Below are positions 53,618-62,969 of a DNA stretch of 64,000 bases, piece by piece. The notes beneath the pieces were generated by a model, which saw nothing but the letters and a program-made list of their open reading frames with translations, did not search any database and was not told where the DNA came from. Position numbers and translations under genes: made by a program. The stretch comes from an uncultured Actinomycetes bacterium (GTDB lineage Bacteria > Actinomycetota > Actinomycetes > Acidothermales > Acidothermaceae). Position 1 is the stretch's first letter. Every line of letters starts with the position of its first letter. The stretch covers positions 77,186-141,185 of the forward strand of contig CAWGTF010000012.1 of NCBI GenBank assembly GCA_963825425.1, in the 5' to 3' direction.

Positions 53618-55170
53618 CGGACGCCACCGATGCGCTGACGAAGGCGTACGCGTTCGATACCCCGTCTTTGGAACTCGGAGCCCTCGTCGTTGACGGCACG
53701 GCGATGCCCACGGCCAGTATCCGCATCCCGTTGTCGATGCTGAACCGCCACGGGCTCGTCGCCGGTGCCACCGGCACGGGGAAGACGAAGACACTTCAGC
53801 TCATTGCCGAGCAGCTCTCCGACGCCGGCGTTCCGGTGTTTCTTGCCGACATCAAGGGCGACGTGTCGGGTATGGCGGCGCCAGGAGTTAGCAGCGACCG
53901 GATCACCAAACGGGCGGCCGAAACCGCAACACAGTGGCAGGCGAGGGGTTTCCCGACGGAGTTCCTCAATCTTGGCGGCCAAGGCGGCACCGGTGTGCCG
54001 GTGCGGGCGACCATGACGTCGTTCGGTCCGGTGCTGTTGAGCAAGGTGCTCGGGCTTAACGAAACGCAAGAGAGCAGCCTCGGGCTCGTCTTCCACTTCG
54101 CCGACACCGCCGGTCTTCCGTTGCTCGACCTCAAGGATCTGCGCGCGGTCATCAGTCACCTGACGAGCGACGACGGCAAGGCCGATCTTGCTCAGCTCGG
54201 CGGGTTGTCCACGGCGACCGCAGGAGTGATCCTGCGTGAGCTGATCGGCCTCGACGACCAGGGCGGGGGCATCTTCTTCGGCGAACCTGAGTTCGATAGC
54301 CACGATCTGATGCGAACGACAGCTGACGGCAAGGGCATCTTGTCGATCATGGAGCTGCAAGGGCTTCAAGCGCAGCCGCAGTTGTTCTCCACCTTCTTGA
54401 TGTGGCTGCTCGCGGACTTGTTCCACGACCTTCCGGAACTCGGCGATGTCGACAAGCCGAAACTCGTCTTCTTCTTCGACGAAGCACATCTGCTCTTCGA
54501 GGGCGCGAGCAAAGCGTTTCTCGATGCGATCGCGCAAACTGTCCGGCTTATCCGATCGAAAGGCGTCGGTGTTTTCTTCGTCACCCAAACCCCGAAAGAC
54601 GTGCCGAGTGACGTGTTGGCTCAACTCGGCAACCGCGTGCAGCACGCGTTGCGGGCGTTCACTCCTGACGACGCCAAAGCATTGAAGGCCACCGTCGGTA
54701 CGTTTCCCAAGAGCGTCGTTTACCCCGATCTTGGTGAGCTCCTCACCACGTTGGGCATTGGCGATGCGGTTGTGACGATCCTGTCCGACAATGGCGCGCC
54801 GACTCCGGTCGCGTGGACCAGAATGCGGCCACCGAGCTCGTTGATGGCGCAGGTTGACCCGGCCACCCAGCAGGCCATCGTCACGGCGTCGCCGTTGCAG
54901 GCAAAGTACGGCACGCCGGTCGATCGTGATTCGGCTTATGAGCGGTTGCTCGCCAAAGTCGCACCGGTTGCCGTCGCCGCACCCGCGGGTGCCCCTACGC
55001 CGGCCAAGGAATCGCACGCCGCGGGCGGAATCGCAGCTGCTGGCATCGGCGGTGCTCTCGCCGGCGCGCTTGGATCGACGATTTTCAAGTCGTTCGCTCG
55101 GTCAGCCGCGACCGCTGCTGGCCGCGAGATCACCCGCAGTCTGTTTGGCACGGCTTCGCGCAAGCGCTAG
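53614..55170 (+). CDS. DUF853/HerA-like P-loop NTPase (YjgR-like)
   Basis: Walker A VAGATGTGKTKT and Walker B-like KLVFFFDEAHLLF. The size (518 aa) and layout are as in the helicase HerA-like DUF853 family. Confidence 0.8.
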   Translation: MTDATDALTKAYAFDTPSLELGALVVDGTAMPTASIRIPLSMLNRHGLVAGATGTGKTKTLQLIAEQLSDAGVPVFLADIKGDVSGMAAPGVSSDRITKRAAETATQWQARGFPTEFLNLGGQGGTGVPVRATMTSFGPVLLSKVLGLNETQESSLGLVFHFADTAGLPLLDLKDLRAVISHLTSDDGKADLAQLGGLSTATAGVILRELIGLDDQGGGIFFGEPEFDSHDLMRTTADGKGILSIMELQGLQAQPQLFSTFLMWLLADLFHDLPELGDVDKPKLVFFFDEAHLLFEGASKAFLDAIAQTVRLIRSKGVGVFFVTQTPKDVPSDVLAQLGNRVQHALRAFTPDDAKALKATVGTFPKSVVYPDLGELLTTLGIGDAVVTILSDNGAPTPVAWTRMRPPSSLMAQVDPATQQAIVTASPLQAKYGTPVDRDSAYERLLAKVAPVAVAAPAGAPTPAKESHAAGGIAAAGIGGALAGALGSTIFKSFARSAATAAGREITRSLFGTASRKR

Positions 55171-55211
55171 CGCATTCCACCCCCTGCTGCGGCCTGGCCG
55201 TCGCTTACGCC

Positions 55212-55664
55212 TCAAGTTGCCGGGACGTCCCACCAGTCCGGCTGCTCGCTCGGTCTGAGAGTGAGCAGCCTTATCGCGCTGAAGGACTCGTCATCGCAAG
55301 CGATCCAGTCCACGAGGTGGACGCCATATGCCGCAGCGAGGAGTCGGGCCTCAGTGAATCGTTCTAGACGATCGGTAGACAACGGACCCGGCGCGACCGG
55401 CTCGTCGCAAAGCGCGACCGCCGCAGCTGCGCCCGTACCCAAATGGCGGAGGCAAGCCTCAAACGCGAGGAGCGGCCGGTCGGTTCGATTGGCGTGGGCC
55501 AAACTGCGAAGCCGTCCGGCGGCGTTGGTGAAGACCACCAACAGTCTTCGCGGGCCGAATGCTCGCTGATCCATGGCGTAGGCCCAGATTTGATTTGGTA
55601 CGTCGTTGAGTTCGCTCTCGGCAACTGGCACGACACCCTCGACAACAATCCGCGAACTCGACAT
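55212..55664 (-). CDS. Hypothetical protein (150 aa); possibly a degenerate RadC/JAB-like fold
   Basis: AAVALCDEPVAPGPLSTDRLERFTEARLLAAAYGVHLVDWIA parallels the RadC layout (..HNHPSG..PS..D...T..L.....G I.LLDHI..), but the metal-binding HxH/S residues are missing. This call is weak. Confidence 0.45.
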   Translation of the reverse strand: MSSSRIVVEGVVPVAESELNDVPNQIWAYAMDQRAFGPRRLLVVFTNAAGRLRSLAHANRTDRPLLAFEACLRHLGTGAAAAVALCDEPVAPGPLSTDRLERFTEARLLAAAYGVHLVDWIACDDESFSAIRLLTLRPSEQPDWWDVPAT

Positions 55665-55760
55665 GAGATGAAGTTAGCGAGGTGTGAGGCTGTCCGAGTC
55701 CGCGTACGCATGACTGTGGATAGCGTCCTACCAGGGTCATACCACTGGTAGCATCCGAGT

Positions 55761-55979
55761 GTGAAGATCAGCGTGAGTCTCCCCGACGAGGACGTTGCCT
55801 TCCTCGACTCGTACGCGGCGTCAACTGGCATCGCGTCGCGATCCGCCGTCGTCCACCGGGCCGTTCGGCTGCTTCGCGCTGCGGACCTCGGCGCAGCGTA
55901 CGAAGACGCATGGCAGGCGTGGACATCATCCGATGAGGCCGCAACGTGGGATGCCGTGTCGGCGGACGGCGTGGGCTGA
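55761..55979 (+). CDS. mazE: Type II antitoxin, ribbon-helix-helix (MazE-like)
   Basis: VKISVSLPDEDVAFLDSYAASTGIASRSAVVHRAVRLL is an RHH motif. Its stop overlaps the mazF start. Confidence 0.75.
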   Translation: MKISVSLPDEDVAFLDSYAASTGIASRSAVVHRAVRLLRAADLGAAYEDAWQAWTSSDEAATWDAVSADGVG

Positions 55980-56326
55980 TGCGGCGCGGTGAGATTCGGC
56001 TCGTCGACCTGGCGCGGGTCCGGGGCAGTGAGGCCGACAAACGCAGGCCGGCGGTCGTCGTGAGCAACGATGGAGCGAACGGGGCGGCGTCACGACTTGG
56101 GCGCGGTGTAGTCACCGTTGTACCCGTGACGTCTCGTGTCGACCGCGTGTATCCGTTTCAGGTGCTGCTGGCGCCCGCGGCGACCGGTCTCGCGGTTGAC
56201 TCCAAAGCCCAGGCGGAGCAGGTGCGGTCGGTCGACGTTGGCCGAGTCGGGGAACGAGTTGGCGTGATGTCCCCTTCGCTCATGTCCGCGCTTGACGAGG
56301 CACTTCGGCTTCACCTGGCGCTGTAG
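55979..56326 (+). CDS. mazF: Type II toxin, MazF/PemK endoribonuclease
   Basis: MRRGEIRLVDL..RGSEADKRRPAVVVSND...VVTVVPVTS...YPFQVLL...DSKAQAEQVRSVD closely resembles M. tuberculosis MazF (Rv2801c-type) as I recall it. Confidence 0.9.
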   Translation: MRRGEIRLVDLARVRGSEADKRRPAVVVSNDGANGAASRLGRGVVTVVPVTSRVDRVYPFQVLLAPAATGLAVDSKAQAEQVRSVDVGRVGERVGVMSPSLMSALDEALRLHLAL

Positions 56327-56632
56327 GCATGGCGGTTCAGCGGCCCGACCTTTCATCCTGAGGCGGGAAAAGAGGGCGAGTGGCCGGGGGAAGCGAAGAT
56401 CGCCGGGAGGGCCATCCAGGCTGAGGTGACGACGGAGGGGGCAACCGCGCAGCCGGACGCGGACATGTTTGTCGCTGATATCACCGAGGTTGTCATCACC
56501 GGACTCAACGATGACGCCACCAGACTCGTGGTCGAATCATGGACGCCTGAGCGAGGACTGCGAAGGATCGAGCGCGACTAGCGAACTGGCTGCTACTTCG
56601 GCCGACTAACTCAAGACCAGGGAAGAATCGCG

Positions 56633-57649
56633 ATGAGTCCCATGCTGGATATCCCACCTACAGAGCGCCCATTACGAGTCGCCGTTGTCGGACCCGGAGG
56701 ATGGGGCCGACAGCATGTGCGCATCTTCAGCGGTAGACCGGATACCGAGCTCGTGGCCATCGTCGGACGCGATCCAGACCGCACGAGCTCACAGGCGACG
56801 CTTGACCACACCCACGGCTACACGCGCATCGCGGAGATGCTCGACGCCGAGCAGCCCGATCTGGTCACCGTGTGCTTGCCCAACGAGCACCACTTCGAGC
56901 CGACCCTCGAGCTTGTCAAAGCCGGCGTCCCGCTGCTTGTTGAGAAGCCATTGGTCTTCCATCTCGACCAGGCGGACGAGCTCATCGACGAGGCCGCGTC
57001 GCGTGGCACCTTCTTCGCGATCAACTTCAACCATCGCTACGCCGAGCCAGTCGTGCGAGCCCGCGCAGCGCTGCATGCCGGCCAGCTCGGCGAGATGGTG
57101 TTCGCAGCCTGGCGCTTTGGAGGCGAGCCGAACTTCGGCAATCACCCGCACGCGCAACTGATCGAAACCCAGTGCCACGGCTTCGACATGCTCGAACATC
57201 TATGCGGACCGATCGTCTCGGTGATGGCCCAGATGACGAACAAGACCCACGGCTCGTACACAACTGTCGCGATCGCGCTCGAGTTCGCCGACGCCGCAGT
57301 CGGAAGCCTGGTGGGCAGCTACGACTCCTCCTATGCGTACCCGCTCACCCACTATCTCGAGCTGAACGGCACCAGAGGCCGAGCCCTCATCGAGGACACC
57401 GTCAAGCGGCTCACGATCCAGCACGTCGGTGACGAAACCCGGCAGGTCTGGGAGGCCGGCTACTTCAACGACCCGGATCGGGAATTTCACCGCACGTTCG
57501 ACCGCCACGTCGACGCACTGATCCCAGCATTGCGCGCCGGGGAGCCGCCGCCCGTTCACGCGAGCGCTGGACGGCGCGCCCTGCAACTGGCGCTCGCGAG
57601 CATCGAGTCATTCGAGACCGGACAACGCGTCTCGACGGATCCGGCATGA
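56633..57649 (+). CDS. Gfo/Idh/MocA family oxidoreductase
   Basis: N-terminal Rossmann motif LRVAVVGPGGWGRQH and the EKP motif (LLVEKPL). Confidence 0.85.
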   Translation: MSPMLDIPPTERPLRVAVVGPGGWGRQHVRIFSGRPDTELVAIVGRDPDRTSSQATLDHTHGYTRIAEMLDAEQPDLVTVCLPNEHHFEPTLELVKAGVPLLVEKPLVFHLDQADELIDEAASRGTFFAINFNHRYAEPVVRARAALHAGQLGEMVFAAWRFGGEPNFGNHPHAQLIETQCHGFDMLEHLCGPIVSVMAQMTNKTHGSYTTVAIALEFADAAVGSLVGSYDSSYAYPLTHYLELNGTRGRALIEDTVKRLTIQHVGDETRQVWEAGYFNDPDREFHRTFDRHVDALIPALRAGEPPPVHASAGRRALQLALASIESFETGQRVSTDPA

Positions 57650-57718
57650 GACGCGTTTGAGCATGGCCGCTAGCCGGACCGCCCCTGAGTTGTCGGAGGG
57701 CTGCGGTAGGACGGGTGC

Positions 57719-58021
57719 ATGGTGATGTTTCTTGTTGAGCTGCACCGGTCGGGTCCGCAGTGGGACGCCTCGCTACCACTTGAGCAACAGTCCGGTTGGG
57801 CGGCGCACGCGACGTTCATGGATGGCCTCGTCGGTGAGGGCTTCATCGTGCTGGGCGGCCCACTCGCCGACGAGTTCCGAATCATTCACGCCATCGAGGC
57901 CGACTCGGCCGAGGCGGTAACCGCCACTCTCGCTCGCGACCCGTGGAGCGAGAGTCACCTACAGATCGAGTCGATCACGCCGTGGACGATCCGTCTCGAT
58001 GGCCGAACTGCGTTTGCGTGA
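57719..58021 (+). CDS. YciI-like (DGPF domain) protein
   Basis: About 100 aa. ...HATFMDGLVGEGFIVLGGPL......DPW is typical of the YCII-related family. Confidence 0.7.
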   Translation: MVMFLVELHRSGPQWDASLPLEQQSGWAAHATFMDGLVGEGFIVLGGPLADEFRIIHAIEADSAEAVTATLARDPWSESHLQIESITPWTIRLDGRTAFA

Positions 58022-58139
58022 AGTCGCTGTCGTGCGAACCGACGTGGTCTACCGGACCGCGCGCCGCTGACAGGAGATCGCCGCGTTGCGGCGCGCCGCG
58101 CACCTCAGTGAAATGCGATCGGGCACTCTAAATCTGCGC

Positions 58140-58270
58140 GACGACGACAGGTCACTTGTCCCCCCGGGTGACACGGGCTCGCCGCGAAGTGGCGGTCCGG
58201 CTTGCGCATCCCCCACGCAGAGCCGGACCGCCGCGCCCCCGGTTGGAGACCGCACCCCCCAGCTAGCGGC
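58140..58270 (+). ncRNA. Candidate sRNA with C-run hairpin loops (6C-like architecture); boundaries approximate
   Basis: H1 (58151-58172): GTCACTT / GGGTGAC, loop GTCCCCCC. H2 (58191-58232): 12-bp plus 4-bp stem GGCGGTCCGGCT-TGCG / CGCA-g-AGCCGGACCGCC, loop CATCCCCCA. H3 (58250-58269): CCGC / GCGG, loop containing CCCCCC. An AT-rich patch ctctaaatc at 58126-58134 lies just upstream. Strand assignment rests only on the Cs lying on the + strand. Confidence 0.3.
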
Positions 58271-58511
58271 CACCGATGAAAAGTCTCGCGGAAGGTGGCA
58301 TTGGCGGGTATTGGCCGTCCGGCCACAACCGTTCGCGCATCTGCTGATCTTTCTCAAGCGTTTGGCGCAGCGGGGTGACCATTCGGACAAAACATAGCAG
58401 ATCGTCACGTCTCGGCCGCGGGGGCGGTCGGGCCTTTCACGCCGCTCTCAGTCGGCGACCAGGCGCTGGCTGGTGATCAATTCGGGTTGTTCGCGGGCGT
58501 ACACTGCCCCC

Positions 58512-58544
58512 ATGTCACGGCTGCTTCTTACCCCGCCGCGCTGA
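58512..58544 (+). promoter_or_regulatory. Candidate leader peptide [13 protein letters not shown] (three consecutive Leu codons) in the leuS leader
   Basis: ATG TCA CGG CTG CTT CTT ACC CCG CCG CGC TGA. TACACT (TANNNT, 58500-58505) ends 6 nt before the ATG, so the transcript may be leaderless. An intrinsic terminator follows. Confidence 0.45.
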
Positions 58545-58560
58545 CCGACGTCGGCGCGGC

Positions 58561-58587
58561 GACCCCTCGTGCGCGAGGGGTCTTTTT
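58561..58587 (+). terminator. Canonical intrinsic terminator/attenuator in the leuS leader
   Basis: GACCCCTCG - TGCG - CGAGGGGTC followed by TTTTT. It lies 28 nt upstream of the leuS ATG (58615) and its GAGGA Shine-Dalgarno (58608-58612). Confidence 0.6.
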
Positions 58588-58614
58588 GTGTCCACCTGCG
58601 ATACCGATGAGGAA

Positions 58615-61082
58615 ATGATGAGCGAGACGTTCGACTTCGCTGCCATCCAGGATCGATGGCTGCCGGTCTGGGACGAGCTCGACCCTTTCCGGACCGGTCG
58701 GCCGGCTGCGGATGGCTCGCCGCGCGAGCGCCGCTACATGCTCGACATGTTTCCCTACCCGTCGGGCGACCTGCACATGGGTCACGCCGAGGCGTACGCG
58801 TTCGGTGATGTCGTCGCGCGCTACTGGCAACAGTGCGGTTACGACGTGATGCATCCGATCGGGTGGGACTCGTTCGGGCTGCCGGCCGAGAACGCGGCGA
58901 TCGCCCGCAACCAACATCCGGCCGACTGGACCTACAAGAACATCGAGACGCAGGCGGCATCGTTTCGGCGTTACGCCATCTCGTTCGACTGGTCGCGCCG
59001 GCTGCACACCAGCGACCCCGAGTACTACCGCTGGACCCAGTGGCTGTTCCTGCGCTTCTTCGAGCGCGGTCTCGCTTACCGCAAGGCGTCGGCGGTCAAC
59101 TGGTGCCCGCACGACCAGACGGTGCTCGCCAACGAGCAGGTCATCGCCGGCCATTGCGAGCGCTGCGGCACGCTGGTCACCAAGAAGACGCTGACGCAGT
59201 GGTACTTCAAGATCACCGATTACGCCGACCGGCTGCTCGACGACATGCGCGAACTCGAGGGCTCGTGGCCCGAGCGGGTGCTCACGATGCAGCGCAACTG
59301 GATCGGTCGATCGCGTCGGTGCGCACGTCGACTTCGCGATCGAAGACCGCGCCGAGCCGATCACGGTGTTCACCACCCGGCCCGACACGTCTGTACGGCG
59401 CCACGTTCTTCGTCGTTGCCGCTGACTCGGCGCTGGCTGCGGAGCTGTGCGCTCCCGAACAGCGCGCAGCCTTCGACGCTTACGTCGAGCAGGTGCGGCG
59501 GCTCTCGGACATTGACCGGATGTCGACCGAGCGAGTGAAGACCGGCGTTTTCCTTGGCCGGTATGCGATCAACCCGGTCAACGATGAGCGCATCCCGGTG
59601 TGGTCGGCCGACTACGTCCTGGCTGACTACGGCACCGGCGCGATCATGGCGGTGCCGGCGCACGACCAGCGCGACCTCGACTTCGCGCTCACGTTCGGGC
59701 TGCCGGTTCGCATCGTCGTTGCTACCGATGAGGCCAACCCGGCGGAAACCGGCGTCGCGACGCCCGGTGACGGCGTCCATGTGAACTCGGGTTCGCTCGA
59801 TGGTCTCGACAAGATTGCGAGCATCGATCGCATCGTCAACCAGCTCGAGGCCAAAGGCGTCGGCAAGGGCGCGATCAACTATCGGCTGCGCGACTGGTTG
59901 CTGTCACGACAGCGATTCTGGGGCGCGCCGATCCCGATCGTGCATTGCCCAGTCGATGGCGAAGTTCCAGTGCCGGACGCCGAATTGCCGGTGCGACTGC
60001 CCGACCTGCGCGGCGCCGACCTGCAGCCCAAAGGCGTCTCGCCACTGGCGGCCGCGACCGAGTGGGTGAACACCACCTGCCCGAAGTGCGGAGGCCCGGC
60101 CACTCGCGATACCGACACGATGGACACGTTCGTCGACTCGTCGTGGTACTTCCTGCGGTATTGCTCGCCGCATCGCGACGACGTCGTGTTCGATCCCGCC
60201 GAGGTCAAGAAGTGGATGCCGATCGACCAGTACGTCGGCGGCGTCGAGCACGCAATTTTGCACCTGCTGTACAGCAGGTTCTTCGTCAAGGTGCTGCACG
60301 ACATGGGGCTCGTCGACTTCGACGAACCGTTCAAGGCGATGCTGAATCAAGGTCAGGTCATCAACCAGGGCAAGGCGATGAGCAAGTCGCTGGGCAACGG
60401 CGTCGACCTGGGTGAACAACTGGCCGCATTCGGTGTCGACGCGGTCCGCATGACGATGCTGTTTGCCGGCCCGCCCGAGGAAGACATCGACTGGGCCGAC
60501 ATGAACGTGCCGGCACTCGGGAAGTTTCTGGCCAGGGCGTGGCGGTTGGCAGGCGAGGTCAGCAGCGATCCCGGTGTCGACGTGACGACCGGTGACCTCG
60601 CGTTGCGACGGGTCACCCATCACACCGTGCACGAGGTCACGCACCTGCTCGACAGCTTCCGGTTCAACGTCGCGATCGCGCGCATCATGGAGCTGGTCAA
60701 CGCGATCCGCAAGACCGTCGACGTCGGCCCGGGCCCGGCCGACCCGGCGGTTCGCGAGGCGGTCGAGGCGGTCGCGGTGATGCTGTCGCTGTTCGCGCCC
60801 TACACGGCCGAGGACGCGTGGGCTCGACTCGGGCATCAGCCCACCGTTTTCCACGCCGGCTGGCCAGTGGTCGATCCGGCGTTGCTGGTCGAGGAGTCCG
60901 TCGTCTGCGTCGTCCAGGTCAACGGCAAGGTTCGCGACCGGCTCGACGTTGCGCCCGACATCGACGAGACCGCGCTGCGCGAGCTCGCGCTCGCCGCGCC
61001 AGCTGTCGTGAAGGCCGTTGACGGGCGTGCTGTCCGCACGGTCATCGTCCGGGCGCCGAAGCTCGTCAACGTCGTGGTCTAA
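58615..61082 (+). pseudogene. leuS: Leucine--tRNA ligase, frameshifted twice
   Basis: [12 protein letters not shown] (HIGH-type) and KAMSKSLGN (KMSKS). Fragments are ORFs 58588..59538 and 58833..61082, with a short third-frame stretch ([24 protein letters not shown]). Breaks are at about 59315 and 59390. The start is moved to ATG 58615/58618 because GTG 58588 abuts the terminator T-run. Confidence 0.95.
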
Positions 61083-61091
61083 GGTCCGCCT

Positions 61092-61956
61092 ATGTCGCGC
61101 GCGCGCAAGGGCACGCCAGCCGTGGCGGTGGTCACCGACTCCACGGCCTACCTGCCGTCAGGATCCGCGGAGCTGCTCGGCGTCCAGGTCGTGCCGCTGC
61201 AGGTGATTGTCGGTGGCGTCGTGCGGGCCGAGGGCGAGGAGATCGGGCCGAGCGAGGTTGCCGCCGTCCTGCATCGTGGACAGTCCGTGAGCACGTCGCG
61301 ACCGTCGCCGAGCCTGTTTGCCGCCGCGTATCACCGCGCTTTCGCGGCCGGCGCGACATCGATCGTGTCCGTGCAGCTGTCGGCGTGCGATGTCGGGCAC
61401 CGTCGACGCCGCCCGGCTCGCCGCGGCCGACGTCGGCGGCGACATCAGGGTCATCGACTCGCGATCTGTTGGCATGGGCATGGGCTTCGCGGTCCTGGCC
61501 GCTGCCGAGGCCGCGATCGCTGGCGCCGATGTCGCGGCGGTGGTCGACACGGTCACCCATACCCTCGGGCGCACGCAGGCGATCTTCTACGTCGACACGC
61601 TCGAATACCTGCGCCGTGGCGGCCGCATCGGCGCGGCCCGCGCGCTGGTTGGATCGGCGCTCGCGGTGAAGCCACTGCTGTGTCTGCGTGACGGACGGAT
61701 CGAACCGCTGGAACGGGTCAGGACCGCGTCGCGGGCGATTGCGAGACTCGAAGAACTCGCCGCGTCGATGGCTGCCGATGAACCGGTGAGCATCGCGGTG
61801 CACCACCTCGACGCAGCGCCGCGTGCCGCGCAGGTGGTCGAAGCGCTCGAGACCCGATTGCCGAAAGCTGGCGACATCATCACCACGGAGGTCGGCGCAG
61901 TCGTCGGTGCGCACACCGGCCCCGGCATGCTCGCCGTCGTCGTCTGCACGCGCTAA
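61092..61956 (+). pseudogene. DegV family fatty-acid-binding protein, frameshifted near 61393
   Basis: VAVVTDSTAYLP..., then (next frame) SGTVDAARLAAADVGG..., FYVDTLEYLRRGGRIG and AVKPLL. Fragments are ORFs 61092..61691 and 61318..61956. Confidence 0.85.
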
Positions 61957-62047
61957 CGCTTTCCACAGTCCTTCGCTGTCGCCGGCTCGGTGCACAGCCG
62001 TCGTCCAGTCACATCCGTAGGGTGCGGCAGACCGCTTAGCTCGACTC

Positions 62048-62969
62048 GTGCCGATGTTGCGCCGCAGGCCAGATCCGCGCGAGCTGGCCGACGTGCTGCA
62101 CCGGCTCGAGCGGTTGCAGATCGTGGCCCAACCGGTGGCCACTGGGTGGGTGCCGCATGCGCCCGATGCGGCGCCACCGCCGTTGCCCCCGACGGCGCAT
62201 CGTCGCTGGCGAGCCAGGGTGCGGGCCAAGGTGTCGGCGCGCCTGCACGTCACCGCCTTCGATCCGGGACGTCGAGGGGTCGCCGTCCTCGTCGTTGTCG
62301 CGGTACTCGGTGCGTCTGGAGGAGCGTGGTACTTCCTGCGCGCAGCTCCGCACGGTGAATGCCGCCGATGTGCCAGCGGACACCGGAGGCGACGTCCCGG
62401 TCGGATCCGCTCGATCGCCGACGAGCAGTGGCGCGCCCACAGATGGCTTCGCACCCGTCGGCGGGAGCGTGCTTCCGTCCGGCCCGCCGTCGCCGTCCAA
62501 AGCGACCGAACTTGTCGTCGACGTCGTCGGCAGGGTGGCGAAGCCCGGTGTGTTCACGCTGCCGGCCGGCTCGCGGATCGTCGACGCGATTGCCGCCGCC
62601 GGCGGCGCGTTGCCACACACCGATCTGACCGCGCTCGATCTGGCCCGCAAGTTGAGCGACGGCCAGGAGATCTTCGTCGGGATCCCACCGCCGTCCGGCG
62701 CTGCCGCAGCATCGGCGGGCGGGGTGGTCGGTGACGACACCGCCGTCGGTGTCGATGCTGGTGCTGGCAGCGCCGATCCCATCGTCAACATCAACACCGC
62801 GACGCAAGCCGAACTTGAGACCTTGCCCGGGGTCGGCGCCGTGACAGCGCAACGGATCCTCGCCTGGCGAACTCAACACGGGCGCTTCGCCAGCGTGACC
62901 CAACTGCAGCAGGTGTCAGGCATTGGGCCGTCGAAGTACGCGGCGCTTGCGGGTCGGGTGAAGGTGTGA
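62048..62969 (+). pseudogene. comEA: ComEA family DNA-binding protein, frameshifted near 62350
   Basis: N-terminal TM helix (VAVLVVVAVLGASGGAWYFL), SLBB-like domain (VVDVVGRVAKPGVFTLPAGSRIVDAI) and C-terminal HhH pair (VNINTATQAELETLPGVGAVTAQRILAWR..). Confidence 0.85.

Noticed and set aside
51132-58021. Calling the tRNA-Ala-flanked block a genomic island or integrative mobile element.
   Set aside because: No integrase, recombinase or transposase ORF was found. I could find no direct repeat of the tRNA-Ala 3' end, so it is reported only as an accessory region.
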